From Eledone cirrhosa (lineage: Eukaryota): DNA of 64,000 nt. The translations under genes and the position numbers were made by a program. Shown piece after piece: positions 30,050 through 44,515 of this stretch. The notes under the pieces are model-generated. The model searched no databases. It saw only the letters and a program-made list of their open reading frames with translations, and was not told the origin of the DNA. The stretch's first letter is position 1. Each line of letters begins with the position of its first letter. The stretch lies in assembly GCA_964016885.1 (NCBI GenBank), contig OZ024745.1, positions 130,944,001 to 131,008,000 of the forward strand. The letters are read 5' to 3'.

Positions 30050-31150
30050 GGTTTCTTAAGGCCAGTAATTTGGAGGAAGGGGAAGGCGATTAAATTGACC
30101 CCAGTGCGTGACTGGTACTTTATTTTATCGACCCCGTAAGGATGAAAGGCAAAGTTAACCTCGGCGGGATTTGAACTCAGACCGTAAAGTTCAAATCTCG
30201 CCGAGGTTAACTTTGCCTTTCATCTTTACGGGGGTCGATAAAATAAAGTACCAGTAATACACTGAGATAATTGCTGGCCTTGTGCCAAAAGTAGAAACAA
30301 TTATTATGGTAATAGACTGGCTAGATCATTAAGGCGTGGGTACTTTATGTTCTGAGTTAAATTTTTATATTTCTTGAGTGGATAAAGTACTAGGGTCATT
30401 ATAATTGACTCTCCCAACGTCAAAGAAATACCTGGTCTTAAGAATCTGTTAGAAACAATTATTGTCCATGTTGCAAATAGATTTTATGCCGTTTTTACAA
30501 CCCAAGGAATGGGTCAGAACTAATGACCAAGGTTTTGGGGGGATTTTTCATCAGCACCCTTTTTTCGACACCTTCCTTGAGATACTTGTGGTTTCTAGTA
30601 ATGCAGTTTTCTGAGGTAGTTCTATTCGATTTTCGACCTTAACTATCTGTTTCCATGATTTCATATTCTTCCTAATTTGTCCACTACAACTGGACAATTC
30701 CTTCTTTTTTCCATATTAAACACCTTTGCAACTTTTCTTTTCATGTCCATTCCATTCTTTCTTACTGTGTTGTCACCTGAAGATACTAATCTTTATAGTG
30801 TTATATGTGAAATCATTTGTGTCTAATGAAAATTATTGTTATTATATTATCAAACTAGGGCGGTGGGTTGGCTGTATCGGTAGAGGGACGGACGCCATGC
30901 TTCGCAGCGTAGAGTTACGGCCCTTTATGATCTGAGTTCAAATCCCGCCGAGGTTAACTTTGCCTTTAATCTTTACGGGGATCGATAAAATAAAGTACCA
31001 GTAATACACTGGGCTATTGCTGGCCTTGTGCCAAAAGTAGAAACAATTATTATATTATGAAACGGTGGGGGAAAGGCAGAATTGTTAGAGCTGTGAAACA
31101 TACATTGCAGTATTTAGTTACGGCGCTTTACATTCTGAGTTCAAATCCTG
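30050..31150. mobile_element. SINE cluster including a head-to-head fused pair at 30050-30300
   Basis: Dominant SINE motifs; orientation switch near 30190; further copies at 30857-31150. Confidence 0.8.
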
Positions 31151-31660
31151 GTCCAGTCTGCGACTAACCCAGGTTCTGCTGCACGTCGGGCTGAGGAGGC
31201 CAAACTCCTCAAATACCGGTCGCCCTCCGACAGGTTTGCGGTTGTACTCCTAGCAGTGGAGACCTCTGGTGTACTCGGCCCTAGGGCTATCTCCCTACTA
31301 ACCACCATAGGGGCTAAGCTGGCTACCCCTAGCAGTGGAGACTTCTGGTGTCCTCGGCCCTAGGGCTACCCCCCTACTCACCACCATAGTCTCTGAGCTG
31401 GCTACTCCTAGCAGTGGAGACTTCTGGTGTCCTCGGCCCTAGGGCTACCCCCCTACTCACCACCATAGTCTCTGAGCTGGCTACTCCTAGCAGTGGAGAC
31501 TTCTGGTGTCCTCGGTCCTAGGGTTACCTCCCTACTTACCACCATAGGGGCTGAGCTGACCAGCCGCAGGTGTGAGCCCCGCTAGTTGGAATGGCTTTTC
31601 CAGCGCGTCTCCCTTGCCGTCCTCCGGGGAAACGCCTTCTCTATTCTGTCCTCCGGGTGC
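31151..31660 (+). mobile_element. CRE-like retrotransposon endonuclease fragment with four 79 bp internal tandem repeats
   Basis: Translates SAARRAEEAKLLKY...LAVETSGVLGPRA and WLFQRVSLAVLRGNAFSIL; repeats start at 31249, 31328, 31407 and 31486. Confidence 0.75.
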
Positions 31661-32790
31661 GGGGGGGGGGGGGCATCGCGTATTATTCCATATTTAAGTA
31701 TGGTCGACAAGAAATACTTCTAATTCATGTCTGACATTGTGACTCATAGAATTCCTCGTTAATGATCTTATTCTTAGTTGTCACATTATCCATTCATCTT
31801 TCTATTTATAAACAATTTTATGTCATTATTTGTCTTCGCTTGTTTTTCTTATCTTTGGTTTATTTCCATATTAAATATTTGTCGTGTTGTAAATATGTTT
31901 GTTTTTCATCCAGTTGTTGTTGTTACTGTTATTATTGCCATTGTTGTTGTTGCTGTTGTTATTGTTCCTGCTGTTGAGGTTGCTATCGTTACTGTCTTTG
32001 TTGCTGCTGTTGTTGTTGTTGTTATTGCTGTCGTCGTTGCTATGGTTATTGTCATTGTTGCTGCTACTGCTACTGTTGTTGTTTTGTTTTTTTTGTTGTT
32101 GCTGCCACTGTTGTTGTTGTTGCTACTGCTATCGTCGTTGCTATGGTTATTGTCATTGTTGCTGCTACTGCTGTTGTTGTTGCTGCTGCTGCTGTTGTCG
32201 TTGCTATTATCATTGTTATTGTTGTTGTTGTTGCTGCTGCTGCTGTCTTCGTTGTTATTACTACTGCTGTTGTTGTTATTGTTATTATTGCTGTTGTTAT
32301 TGTTATTATTGTTGTTGTTATTGTTATTGCTGTTGTTGTTATTGTTGCTGTTGTTATTGTTATTATTGTTGTTGTTATTGTTATTGATGTTGTTTTTGTT
32401 ATTGCTACTGCTGTTGATGTTGTTGTTATTGTTGCTGTTGTATTAACTACTACTGCAACAATATGTTGATATTGTCAATATATTTTCTTTACAATTTTGT
32501 ATCCTGTTTTTTTTTCTTGTTGATGTTGTTATTATTGTTTATGTTTATTGTCAACCCATCTCTGACTGACCACATCTCTGACTGACCACATCTCTGACTG
32601 ACCACATCTCTGACTGACTACGTCTGTGACCACATCTCTACTGAAGTCTTCCAGTCATCACCATCTAGTCTTTATCAATGTCCAACACTATATCTTCCTA
32701 CATATGTCCTTGTCTTACTAAAGTGTCATATGACACAACCTCACACCTATTTATAACCTAACAACCACCTACAAAATTAACACTGATTGT

Positions 32791-33860
32791 TTTATGTTGC
32801 AGTAGCTGTTGTTGTTGTTGTAGTGGTAGTTTTATGTTGCAGTAGCTGTTGTTGTTGTTGTAGTGGTAGTTTTATGTTGCAGTAGCTGTTGTTGTTGTTG
32901 TAGTGGTAGTTTTATGTTGCAGTAGCTGTTGTTGTTGTTGTAGTGGTAGTTTTATGTTGCAGTAGCTGTTGTTGTTGTTGTAGTGGTTGTTTTATGTTGC
33001 AGTAGCTGTTGTTGTTGTTGTAGTGGTAGTTTTATGTTGCAGTAGCTGTTGTTGTTGTTGTAGTGGTAGTTTTGTGTTGCAGTAGCTGTTGTTGTTGTTG
33101 TAGTGGTAGTTTTATGTTGCAGTAGCTGTTGTTGTTGTTGTAGTGGTAGTTTTGTGTTGCAGTAGCTGTTGTTGTTGTTGTAATGGTTGTTTTGTGTTGC
33201 AGTAGCTGTTGTTGTTGTTGTAGTGGTTGTTTTGTGTTGCAGTAGCTGTTGTTGTTGTTGTAGTGGTTGTTTTGTGTTGCAGTAGCTGTTGTTGTTGTTG
33301 TAGTGGTAGTTTTATGTTGCAGTAGCTGTTGTTGTTGTTGTAGTGGTTGTTTTATGTTGCAGTAGCTGTTGTTGTTGTTGTAGTGGTAGTTTTATGTTGC
33401 AGTAGCTGTTGTTGTTGTTGTAGTGGTTGTTTTATGTTGCAGTAGCTGTTGTTGTTGTTGTAGTGGTAGTTTTATGTTGCAGTAGCTGTTGTTGTTGTTG
33501 TAGTGGTAGTTTTGTGTTGCAGTAGCTGTTGTTGTTGTTGTAATGGTTGTTTTGTGTTGCAGTAGCTGTTGTTGTTGTTGTAGTGGTTGTTTTGTGTTGC
33601 AGTAGCTGTTGTTGTTGTTGTAGTGGTTGTTTTGTGTTGCAGTAGCTGTTGTTGTTGTTGTAATGGTTGTTTTGTGTTGCAGTAGCTGTTGTTGTTGTTG
33701 TAATGGTTGTTTTGTGTTGCAGTAGCTGTTGTTGTTGTTGTAGTGGTTGTTTTATGTTGCAGTAGCTGTTGTTGTTTTTGTAGTGGTAGTTTTGTGTTGC
33801 AGTAGCTGTTGTTGTTGTTGTAGTGGTTGTTTTGTGTTGCAGTAGCTGTTGTTGTTGTTG
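32791..33860. repeat. 40 bp minisatellite, ~27 copies
   Basis: Unit ttt(a/g)tgttgcagtagctgttgttgttgttgtagtggt(a/t)gt. Confidence 0.95.
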
Positions 33861-34159
33861 TTGTGGTTGTTGTTGTTGTTGTTGTTGTTGTAGTTGTTGT
33901 AGCATTCTTGTTACTGTTGTGGCAATGTTGTTATTGCTGTTGTTGATGTTGTTGTTATGATTCTGGTTTTATTAAATAACGGGAAGGAGGAGAAAGAAAA
34001 TAACAACAACAAATAAAACGAATAGTTCCTGTCTGACTGATTACAGAAATGACAGCTAAAGTCCGGGATAATACCAACACATACACACACACACATACAT
34101 ACATACATACATACATACATACATACACACATACAGACACACACATACAAGACACACAC

Positions 34160-34192
<33 letters not shown>

Positions 34193-34361
34193 CACATACA
34201 TACATATATACATACATATATACATACATACATACATACATACACAGAGATAGACACGCACACATACACACACACACACAAGTTACACAGACACAAGTCC
34301 CATACACGCGCATACAAGACATACACACACACTAGTCCCATACACACACACAAGTCCCATA

Positions 34362-34394
<33 letters not shown>

Positions 34395-34402
34395 CACACA
34401 CA

Positions 34403-34497
<95 letters not shown>

Positions 34498-34638
34498 GAC
34501 ACACACAGACAATCAGGAAACTCGATGTGATTGTTTCTGTGCTGCCTTTTCTTTCTATTGAATTAACGGAAGTCTATTGCAAATAGGTTTTCTATATATA
34601 TGAGTGTGTATATATATATATATATATACACACTATAG

Positions 34639-34723
<85 letters not shown>

Positions 34724-34764
34724 TGTACAGTCAATGACTCAGTACGTCCCCTCAGTTGTGTATT

Positions 34765-34799
<35 letters not shown>

Positions 34800-34897
34800 T
34801 TATATGTATATATATATATATATATAGTAAAGGTGAAACTAAATATACAAAGCTCAAATGTACGTAGAGGATTGTTATACATAAATATATACATATA

Positions 34898-34969
<72 letters not shown>

Positions 34970-34978
34970 CATATATAT

Positions 34979-35071
<93 letters not shown>

Positions 35072-35245
35072 GATAGATCCAAAGAGATTGTTCGTGTGTG
35101 ATAGGTAATTGCATGTTTGTTGAGACGAATTTGTGTCAGCGTTTCATCATTTTGCGTTGGTGTTGTTCGTTCTGTTATTTTGTGCGAAATATATAGATGC
35201 ATGGATGCCAAGGGGATTTTTTTCTTGAGTATTGGAATGCATATA

Positions 35246-35424
<179 letters not shown>

Positions 35425-35425
35425 G

Positions 35426-35460
<35 letters not shown>

Positions 35461-35621
35461 GTATATATATGCATATATATGTGTATGTCTATATATATGT
35501 GTGTGTATATATATATATACCTATATATATGTATGTATGTATACGTATATATATATATATATATATACATATATATACATATATATGTATATATATATAT
35601 ACATATACATACATACATATA

Positions 35622-35673
<52 letters not shown>

Positions 35674-35739
35674 TATATATAGACACAGATATATATACAC
35701 ATCTGTCAGCATGTATACGAATATACATATGAATACACT

Positions 35740-35838
<99 letters not shown>

Positions 35839-36156
35839 ATGTATACACATGTACATATATACATGCATGAGTAATATTTTTTACGAATAATCTTATATTG
35901 CGTTTCTCTATGTTCCTGATGAAACTGGGAATAGTTTATACATAAGACCTCTATATTCACCAGAAAGCCACACACACACAAACACATACACACACACACA
36001 TATATATATGTTTGTGTGTATATATATATGTGTGTGTGTATGTATATATATATATATATATATATGAGCGCGTGTGTGTGTGTGAACATGAATGGACCTG
36101 TTATTTTCATCTAAAGACATCTTTTCCAATTCCAACCCGCCAGTCCCTTCAATCTA

Positions 36157-36196
36157 TCTTATTTCTGATGAAGGACTAACGTCCGAAACGTTAAGA
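36157..36196 (+). ncRNA. Minimal hammerhead ribozyme motif
   Basis: CTGATGA a ggac taac gtcc GAAA cg TT aaga; palindromic AACGTT; weak stem I. Confidence 0.65.
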
Positions 36197-36295
36197 CCCT
36201 CTATCTGCTATTTCAAGCGTTAACCTAATATATTCCTTCCATATACCGATTGTGTTGTTATTTCTGTTTACCTTTTACACACACACATACATACA

Positions 36296-36755
36296 TAATG
36301 GTGGCTGCCAACTCGTTTTCGAGTACGGCCACTACTTTATATCCATGCAGGAGAACCCCTACCGATGCGATAAACGAGTGTGACTTTTTAGTCCAGCCAG
36401 CGACTTGAAAACTCTGGTACAAACACTACACTTGTGACAATTATTGACACATAGTGCTGGGCCCATGGTATCATGTGACGACAAGTGCAGGGTGATCTCC
36501 AGATATAAAGCAATGCCTGTGCCGTGAAGCTTTTATAGTGAGCAAAGGCACTGCACAAAGCCAGTCCCACTCTCTTAACCAAGATGATATTTACCAAAAA
36601 GAAGAACAAGTCAACATCATTGGATACCATCAGAGTTGCAGGTGTTATATCAGAGTTTTCCTTCTCCTAGAATTCTGCCTTGACAAAGGCTAAGGGGTCA
36701 TCTCTCCCGGTGATTCTGGATGGCCATTGACCCTTAAGAGCTCCTTTGCCCTTTG

Positions 36756-36757
<2 letters not shown>
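36296..36757 (-). mobile_element. RTE-related non-coding retroposon between (TATG)n tracts
   Basis: Homologous to 14983-15478; 3' end ggccgtactcgaaaacgagttggcagcca. Confidence 0.7.
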
Positions 36758-36833
<76 letters not shown>

Positions 36834-36835
<2 letters not shown>

Positions 36836-37001
36836 CGAAGGAGGTGTGGTAAGGAAACAGATGGACCATAACGCACCAGAGTACTCAATACTTAGGGTAG
36901 TAGAGTGGGTAATAGAAAAATGTTTGACCCCGACGGGCGATTTCAGTCCAGAAATAGCCGTCGAAACGGCTTGAGCTCTGCCGTCGGGGTCATACATTTT
37001 C

Positions 37002-37002
<1 letters not shown>
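36834..37002 (-). mobile_element. PLE-terminal module with inverted arm plus tail
   Basis: Same family as 7711-7896. Confidence 0.72.
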
Positions 37003-37071
<69 letters not shown>

Positions 37072-37705
37072 ATTGTTATACTTTGGGAGGGTCATGTTGC
37101 CAATAAGAAACACACACACCAGTTGCTTTCACTCCAATTTATTATAAATTAAATTTATAAATTTCCGGTTGGTTGGTTGGTTGGTTGGTTGGTTGGTTCC
37201 ACAACCGGACGGTTGTTCATATATTGTCAAAGTTCTTTCTTCGCACATTCTGTGACCTCTTCAGTGACTGGGGATTCTTCTCTTTGTTTTGTGTCCACTC
37301 CTTTGTTCTGTCCTACGCCATCTTGTTTTTGTGTGTGTTGCGTGCTTAGTTTGCCCATGTGTTACATCCGGGTGTCTGTGTGTGTTTTTATTTGTTTATT
37401 TATTTGTTTATTTACATGTTACTGGTTGGTTGTTTGTTCTCTGTGTGTGTGTTTTCATTTTGTCCTTAATTGTAAGTTGTGATGCTGCTATTCCACTCAT
37501 ATTTTCTATTTAATTTTGGTTGGAGTTCATTTATGTTTATTGCTTCTGTGATTTGTCTAAACATTGCGTCTTTTCTGTGTGTAGATTTTATTTTTATTTC
37601 TATGTTCTCTAATTTCCACTTATGTTCTATTTTAGCATGTTGGTGGAGTACTGATGAAATGTTTCTATCTTGAAGCTCTCGCCAGTGTTCATTTAATCGT
37701 TTGAA
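37072..37705 (-). mobile_element. PLE 3' end, same family as 12801-13400
   Basis: Colinear with 12801-13390; encodes RLNEHWRE...SSVLHQHAKIEHK; same terminal aagtataacaa|(TA)n. Confidence 0.85.
37226..37268 (-). ncRNA. Minimal type I hammerhead ribozyme
   Basis: gtca CTGAAGA g gtcaca gaatg tgcgaa GAAA gaac TT tgac; stem I gtca/tgac intact, stem II partly mutated. Confidence 0.75.
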
Positions 37706-38065
37706 CGATTAAACGAACACTCGCTTTGTTTGTAGTGGTGACATTAGCTTTGTTCTCCTTTCAACACTCGCTCATATCTAGGCTACTGGAAAAGTGAGGC
37801 CTGCTTAGTTCGTGCAAATTATTAGCGAAGATACAGCTTTGGCTGTTTCGTTTTGAGGATAAGTGGCAGCGGGGATGTTGCCTCCATATTTCACCAATAA
37901 TTCAGGAGCAAGATTTAGCGTAAATATAAAAATATTTGAGTTAAAATGCCTAAATATTATATTTACACTTCGTACCAAATATTTAAACAAAAGACGTTTA
38001 AAAAATAGGTGAAAAGACAACAAAATTACAGAACCGACTCAAAAATGTCTAAAGCAAGATCAATA

Positions 38066-38495
38066 ATGGTTTCTACTTTAGACACAAGTCCAGCAAGTTT
38101 GGGGGAAGGTAAAATCGATTAAATGGACTCCAATGCATTATTGGTACTTTATTTATCGACCCATTAATGATGAAAGACAAAGCTAACCTCGGTGGGATTT
38201 GAACTCAGAACTTAAAGGGCCGTAACTATGTCGCAAAGTATGTTGTTCGACTCCCAACCGATACTTCCAATCCATCGCCCTAATTATAATGGTTTCTACT
38301 TTAGGCACAAGGCCAACATTTTGGGGAGGGGCAAGTCGATTAAATCGACCCCAGTGCATTACTGGTACTTTGTTTTATCGACCCCATAAGGATGAAAGGC
38401 AAAGTTAACCTCGGCAAGATTTGAACTCAGAACGAAAGGGCCATAACTCTATGCTGTAAAGCATGGTGTCTGACGCTCTACCGATGCTGCCAATG
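38066..38495 (-). mobile_element. Two tandem tRNA-derived SINEs
   Basis: Family motifs on minus strand. Confidence 0.85.
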
Positions 38496-38509
38496 CAAAC
38501 AATACAAAG

Positions 38510-39050
38510 CAGAACATACAGAAAACTAGTATGAATACAAACCACAGCCAGTAACTGAGACCGAAGAAGTAACAATCCTTTGGCTCTTCACCATTCTCAC
38601 AAATCGCATTATTAGTAAAAACTTCCAGGACATTGTTATTACGAGGTTAACTTTGCCTTTCATCCTTACGGGGTCGACAAAATAAAGTACCAGTAATACA
38701 CTGGGATAATTTCTGGCCTTGTGCTAGAAGTAGAGACAATTATTATTAAGGATTTTAATAACAAGATCTACTTACTCATTGACATGTCTGTACCGTCTGA
38801 TAGAAATTAGAAATGTGTCAGCAAAAGAGTATTAAATAATTGCTAAATATAAAGATCTATAAATTGAGATAAACAGAATGTGGCACCTTAAAACCAAAAC
38901 TATTCCGGTAGTGACAGGAGCTCTAGGTGTCATAAAGAAAGGTGTTCAAAGGTTTCTAGAAAACATACCTGGTAAATCTAGCATCTATGAAATCCAAAAG
39001 ATAGTTCTAACAAATACCACCCACATACTTCGTAAATATTTGTCTTTGTA
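38510..39050 (+). mobile_element. Decayed R4/Dong endonuclease fragment interrupted by a SINE tail (38641-38748)
   Basis: PDIVI | KDFNNKIYLLIDMSVP...KYKDL...RMWHLKTKTIPVVTGALG, with stops. Confidence 0.78.
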
Positions 39051-39710
39051 ATATATATCAAGAAACAATCTTTTCTGTTTAATCTTTATAATAAATTTAA
39101 TTGATATTTAGAACCATTCAAATATCCTTAATGCAAAATTAATTCATATCTTTCATACTCTTAATACTTCTTTTATCTCCACCTACCTTTTTATATACAT
39201 TTTCTCGTGGTTTTTTAAGACTTTTTTACCAATAAACTTTTGTGATGTGACTTGTTAAGTGAATGTGTTAAGTGAATGTGAGAACAATAAAAAAGAAAGC
39301 TATCGAAAACTGTCAAACCAACGATGCCTGCCCTAAGTATCTGGTTGATACTCGGCAATCATTACATATAAAGCGAAATCAAAGGAAAATATTACAATAA
39401 TAATAATCATGTCTATTTGATACAGGGCAATAGAACATACAATATTCTACAAAACGATAAAAAAAAATAACAAATTGGAAGTACACAATTGTCATCTGAC
39501 ATTTACATGTTATATATATATATGAAAGAAAATTTCGCTCTACATGGCTGAATACATTAAATGTAATCTGAGTTTTTCGAATATTAATAATTGTTTCTAC
39601 TTTAGGCACAAGGCCAGAAATTACCCAGTACAGTCCCGATGTCCTCCAAAAGTAATGGTCGCATTTTGAAAGGGTACGTCAATGCTTATTTGTAAAACTG
39701 ATATATATTG

Positions 39711-39775
39711 TATTTTGTCTGATGAAGGCATACCATAATTTAACTTGGTATCCTTGAAATATGTATAATGAAATA
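39711..39775 (+). ncRNA. Type I hammerhead ribozyme
   Basis: tattttgt CTGATGA aggcatacca...tggtatcctt GAAA tatgta TA atgaaata; same family as 12354-12408. Confidence 0.8.
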
Positions 39776-39902
39776 AATATGGTTTTATAAATATAGTTTC
39801 CATTTATTAATATCGTATATCTACTCCAAATACTTGTCGAGTGCTTTACATCAGTTATAAAAATATTTACTTGTTGTATCCCAACAATTTAAATAGAACT
39901 TT

Positions 39903-39972
<70 letters not shown>

Positions 39973-41149
39973 TATGTACATACATATATTCTTTCATACA
40001 TACATACACACACAGAGCGAGTTGATCCTCAATTTGCATAGTTTCACTTGAGCATAGTTTTTTGGGGTTTTTTTGTTTTTTGTTTTCTGTAGATTTATTT
40101 TTTCAATGTTAAATGTACATGTTTACCGTTGCGAATTATGCACAGCTGTATATATTTCAAAGAGATTTTTCTTGGGGAAAGTAAGCTTCATGTTACTTAA
40201 ATCTGATAGAAATATTTTTATGTCAAATGAAAGATATTTTAGAATCTAAATTTCACTAAAATGATCAAGAGGTAATAAGTGACAAATTTCAAATAAAAAT
40301 CTGGTTGATATATCTATCATGTTGGTTTCTCATATGGTACTGAGTTATGCGATGACATTTTCAAAACCATTTAACTAATAATCTTCATTGAAATACATCA
40401 ACCAAACTTTGCTCGTTTCTCTGTAGTTATTGCTTCTAATTCATTCATGTAAAATTCAATTTGTAATTTTATTTTACTATTTGATGTCCAGCATTTGACA
40501 TATTCCAAGTCTGTCTACACTGAATATGTTATCTCCATTAAAAGTTCCTGTGTATAAACTGGTTTATTGGCTGAGTGAAAAGTACCACAGGTGAGTGTTC
40601 TTTATACTAAATACACATACGGTAGGGCCTTACATATAATAAGTTTATAAACCATGTTTAACTGATTTTATCCAGGCTTTTAGTGGACAAAGTTTTCCCT
40701 GGCTATGTTTAAATTCTAAAAAAAAAGAAAATAAGCTAAAAAGATAACTTTAATACGGTCAGCTAACCAGAAATGTTTTTAAAAACAATGGTGATGTACA
40801 TGGGGGTGGATTTTGTCTTTAAGCTAACTGGTGAAAGCAATTAACATGTTTTGGCCTTATTAGACCTCGTCAGGAAAATATATTCTACTAAGTTGGCAAT
40901 TCTTAAAAGTAACCAGTATATTATAAACTACTGGGAATGTACTAACACTAATTATGAATAGCAACAGTATAGCTGAGAGAAAAGTAGTTCAGGAGTGCGT
41001 TCTGCATACTAAATACACATACAGTAGGGTCTCGTACGAGTAATATATTGAGTTTGAAAACAGAGTTTAACTGATAAAGCCCATAGAATTTGTTGACAAA
41101 AGCTCGTTCTTGATGTATTTAAAATCTAAAAAAGTATTTTTATTCATTA

Positions 41150-41690
41150 TTCTTCTCGTATGACATATGTACAATGATTAGAGAGACCGGTGCCATGTGT
41201 AGTATGATGGATTGCCTCCAGGCCGCCAGGGAACATTTTTGAGGGGAAATCTCGAATAACATGCGGTACTGTCTGTTCAGGGTCCCCTGCCGTATGATAT
41301 ATGCACAATAAAGAGAAAGAGAGAGAGCGACAGATAGAGAGATTGGTGAGCACGACTAACGCATCCTTTGTAGATTTATGGATTGCTTCTAGGCTGCAGG
41401 GAAAACGTCTGAGTGGGGCTAATCCCGTACAACATGCAGCACTGTCTAGTCAGGGTCCCTACAGTCACATGCTGCGCTGTCTTTCATTTTCAATCGATGG
41501 AGATGATGGGCTGTCCTGGCATGTGTTATGTGGATTCGATTAAGGGACATCCATTGTTTTCTAGGAAGGTCAAAGTTGGCTGGTTTAGACGTAGGGTCCT
41601 GGATGAGGTCTTGATTGGGGTGGGAAATGGCAAGCTTCACGTGGTCCACCCTGGGGTCCATCCTGTACGGAATACCTTCCAACTAATGCC
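41150..41690 (-). mobile_element. Ingi/Vingi-like LINE 3' fragment with a duplicated C-terminal segment
   Basis: FDLPRKQWMSLNRI...CDCRDPD*TVLHVV, then a second copy GDPEQTVPHVIRDFP...FPGGLEAIH. Confidence 0.65.
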
Positions 41691-41999
41691 ATTTCTCGAT
41701 GTATACACAACTTGTACAATTTCTATTCATTATGTGACATATGTAAAACCTTACCGGAAATATAAGTATGCAGAACGCTTTCCTTGAATACTGTCCCTTC
41801 TTCATATTACTGGTGTTTATAACCAACGTCACTACTGGTGTTTATAACCAACGTCACTACATTCTATATTACATATGTAAGACCCTACCATATTTCCTCA
41901 TTATTTCCTTATTATATGTCATTTTATTGTTTTTTTATTTTCTTTCTTTAAAAAATGTTCAATATTAAATAATAGAATTATTTAAAATGTTGAACCAAA

Positions 42000-44073
42000 A
42001 ATAGACAAGCAATTAAAATATTAAATCAAATTTGAATTGAAAGGAGTTCGAAAAAAATTGTGAGATATTTTTATATAGACGAAGCATATGTTACAACAAC
42101 TAGAGAAAAAACAGCCAGAAAATACCAGAAACAGTATAATGACAGTATTTTAAATAATAGTAAAACACACATCATGCTTACGTTGTAATATCATGGAAGT
42201 AACGGAAAATGTCATACAGGTTTTGGAGAGAAGATAAAAATCCCTTCTCTACCTCCCCGCCATAAAAGAACGATTGCCTTCAGACAAATTCACTATATAC
42301 AGAAAAGGAGTATGATGCTTTAATCAAATCAACTACAATATGGATTTTCAGATAGTTAAGGATAACTTTTTGGACGTTTTTTTTTTTGTTATTTTTAAAT
42401 AGTAGCTTTCTACATAATATCAACTTGCATGACGAAAGTGGATCAATCGATAAAAGAACACTACTTGAGAATATGTGCTCCAATTAGCTAAAATAATTGT
42501 AGAAGGTTCCTATTCTTTAAAGCAGATAAAACTGGTCTATTCTGGAAGAAAATGCCAAAAAGAAATTTATATCAAGAAGAAGCGGATTCAAAAGATTTAA
42601 CTATTGAATTGCATTATTGTTATGCAGTCAGGCATTCGGTGACAGTTCAATGAAGCGGTTATTAATATGCAATGGGAGGATTAAATGAAAATATTCTCTC
42701 TCAGTTTGTTTGTGTACAAATATCAAGAATGGCCTCTGCACTATTAAAAATTCGTTTTATCAAAACATCATTTCTGAAGCAAACATTTATACAAATAAAA
42801 ATACTATTGATAACATTCCATCACTTTCCTGTAATTCCAACCTAAGGTTTCTTTTAACCATTCAATACAATAGTAGGTTAATCTAATGTTTAGGTTCTGT
42901 GTTACTATATTTAACATTCAATACAACGCCAAATTACTATAGCATCCGAGGACTGTTCTAACACTATATACTATAGCATCCGAGGACTGTTCTAACACTA
43001 TATACAATACTATAGCATCCTAGTTCTGTTCTATCACTATATACAATACTATAGTATTCCAGTTCTGTTCTATCACTATATACAATACTATAGCATCCGA
43101 GTTCTGTTCTATCACTATAGCATTCCAGTTCTGTTCTAACACTATATACAATACTATAGCATTCCAGTTCTGTTCTAACACTATATACAATACTATAGCA
43201 TTCCAGTTCTGTTCTAGCACTATATACAATACTATAGCATTCCAGTTCTCTTCTAACACTATATACAACACTATAGCATTAGAGGTCTGTTCTAACCACT
43301 AAATACAACACTATAGCATTAGAGGTCTGTTCTAACCACTAAATACAACACTATAGCATTAGAGGTCTGTTCTAACCACTAAATACAACACTATAGCATT
43401 AGAGGTCTGTTCTAACCACTAAATACAACACTATAGCATTAGAGGTCTGTTCTAACCACTCAATACAACACTATAGCATTTGCGTTCTCTTCTAACACAC
43501 AATACAATACCAGATCACAACAAAGTTCACAATATATTCTTTCTATCCAATATAACACAAGATTATTGTCACATTACCGTTCTGTTCTCACCACCCAATA
43601 CAACACCACCTCATCATTAGATCGTGGCCTAATTTGTTATTCTAAGACAAATCGTGTTAAACATCCATATAAAAAATACTGCCTATGGAAAAAATACAGG
43701 TTACTATTCCAGAGTATTGGAAAAAATATTAATATTTTCATTGTTTAAAAATAATTGCAATATCATTTCGTGAAAATCAGAAAACCATCGTAAATGTATA
43801 TTGGAACGCCATTTTGTCTGAAGCTGTTCTGAATGGTTGTAATAATAAAACAAGAAAGATATTTAAACTCAGATATAATTAATAGAAAAACCATTGAACA
43901 GGGGATGAATGATTGGATGATTTAGTTGTCGAAGAAATTAAGGAATTGTTTGGTGACCATAATTTGGTTGAAGACGATTTAGTTGACATAGTCACCATAA
44001 TTCTAAATGTTGAGATCAATAGTTATGATGATGATTATGGTGATGATTATGATGAGGATGATGATGATGATGG

Positions 44074-44145
<72 letters not shown>

Positions 44146-44152
44146 CGAAGAC

Positions 44153-44183
<31 letters not shown>

Positions 44184-44400
44184 TAGACTCAATGATTATT
44201 GAAATTTTGCAATAGTTGGACGACAAGTGACAAGAAATCTGGCAACTCATTTCATTAATAACGATCTTAATATGGAACACAGTGTGAAATTTGAAAATCA
44301 AATAAGCCACGACAAATAGCAGCGACATTATAAAATCTTTACACTGATTGGAAAAAAAAATGTTATGCAAACTAAAATTTAAAATTTTATGATATAACCA
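42000..44400 (+). mobile_element. Heavily decayed Tigger/pogo transposase remnant
   Basis: Fragments LHDESGSID, TGLFWKKMPKR, LFSPPNTT, LDRGLI and EEIKELF...EDDL in the expected order; boundaries approximate. Confidence 0.6.
42845..43610. repeat. 39/40 bp minisatellite inside the Tigger remnant
   Basis: Units tactatagcattccagttctgttctaacactatatacaa (39) grading to ctatagcattagaggtctgttctaaccactaaatacaaca (40). Confidence 0.9.
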
Positions 44401-44433
44401 GCTGCATTGGATATGGGGACAGAAAGAAAGAAA

Positions 44434-44515
<82 letters not shown>

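Noticed and set aside
35910-35970. CTGATGA...ccaGAAA motif
   Set aside because: Stem II spacing is off and stems I and III are lost to (CA)n; at best a relic
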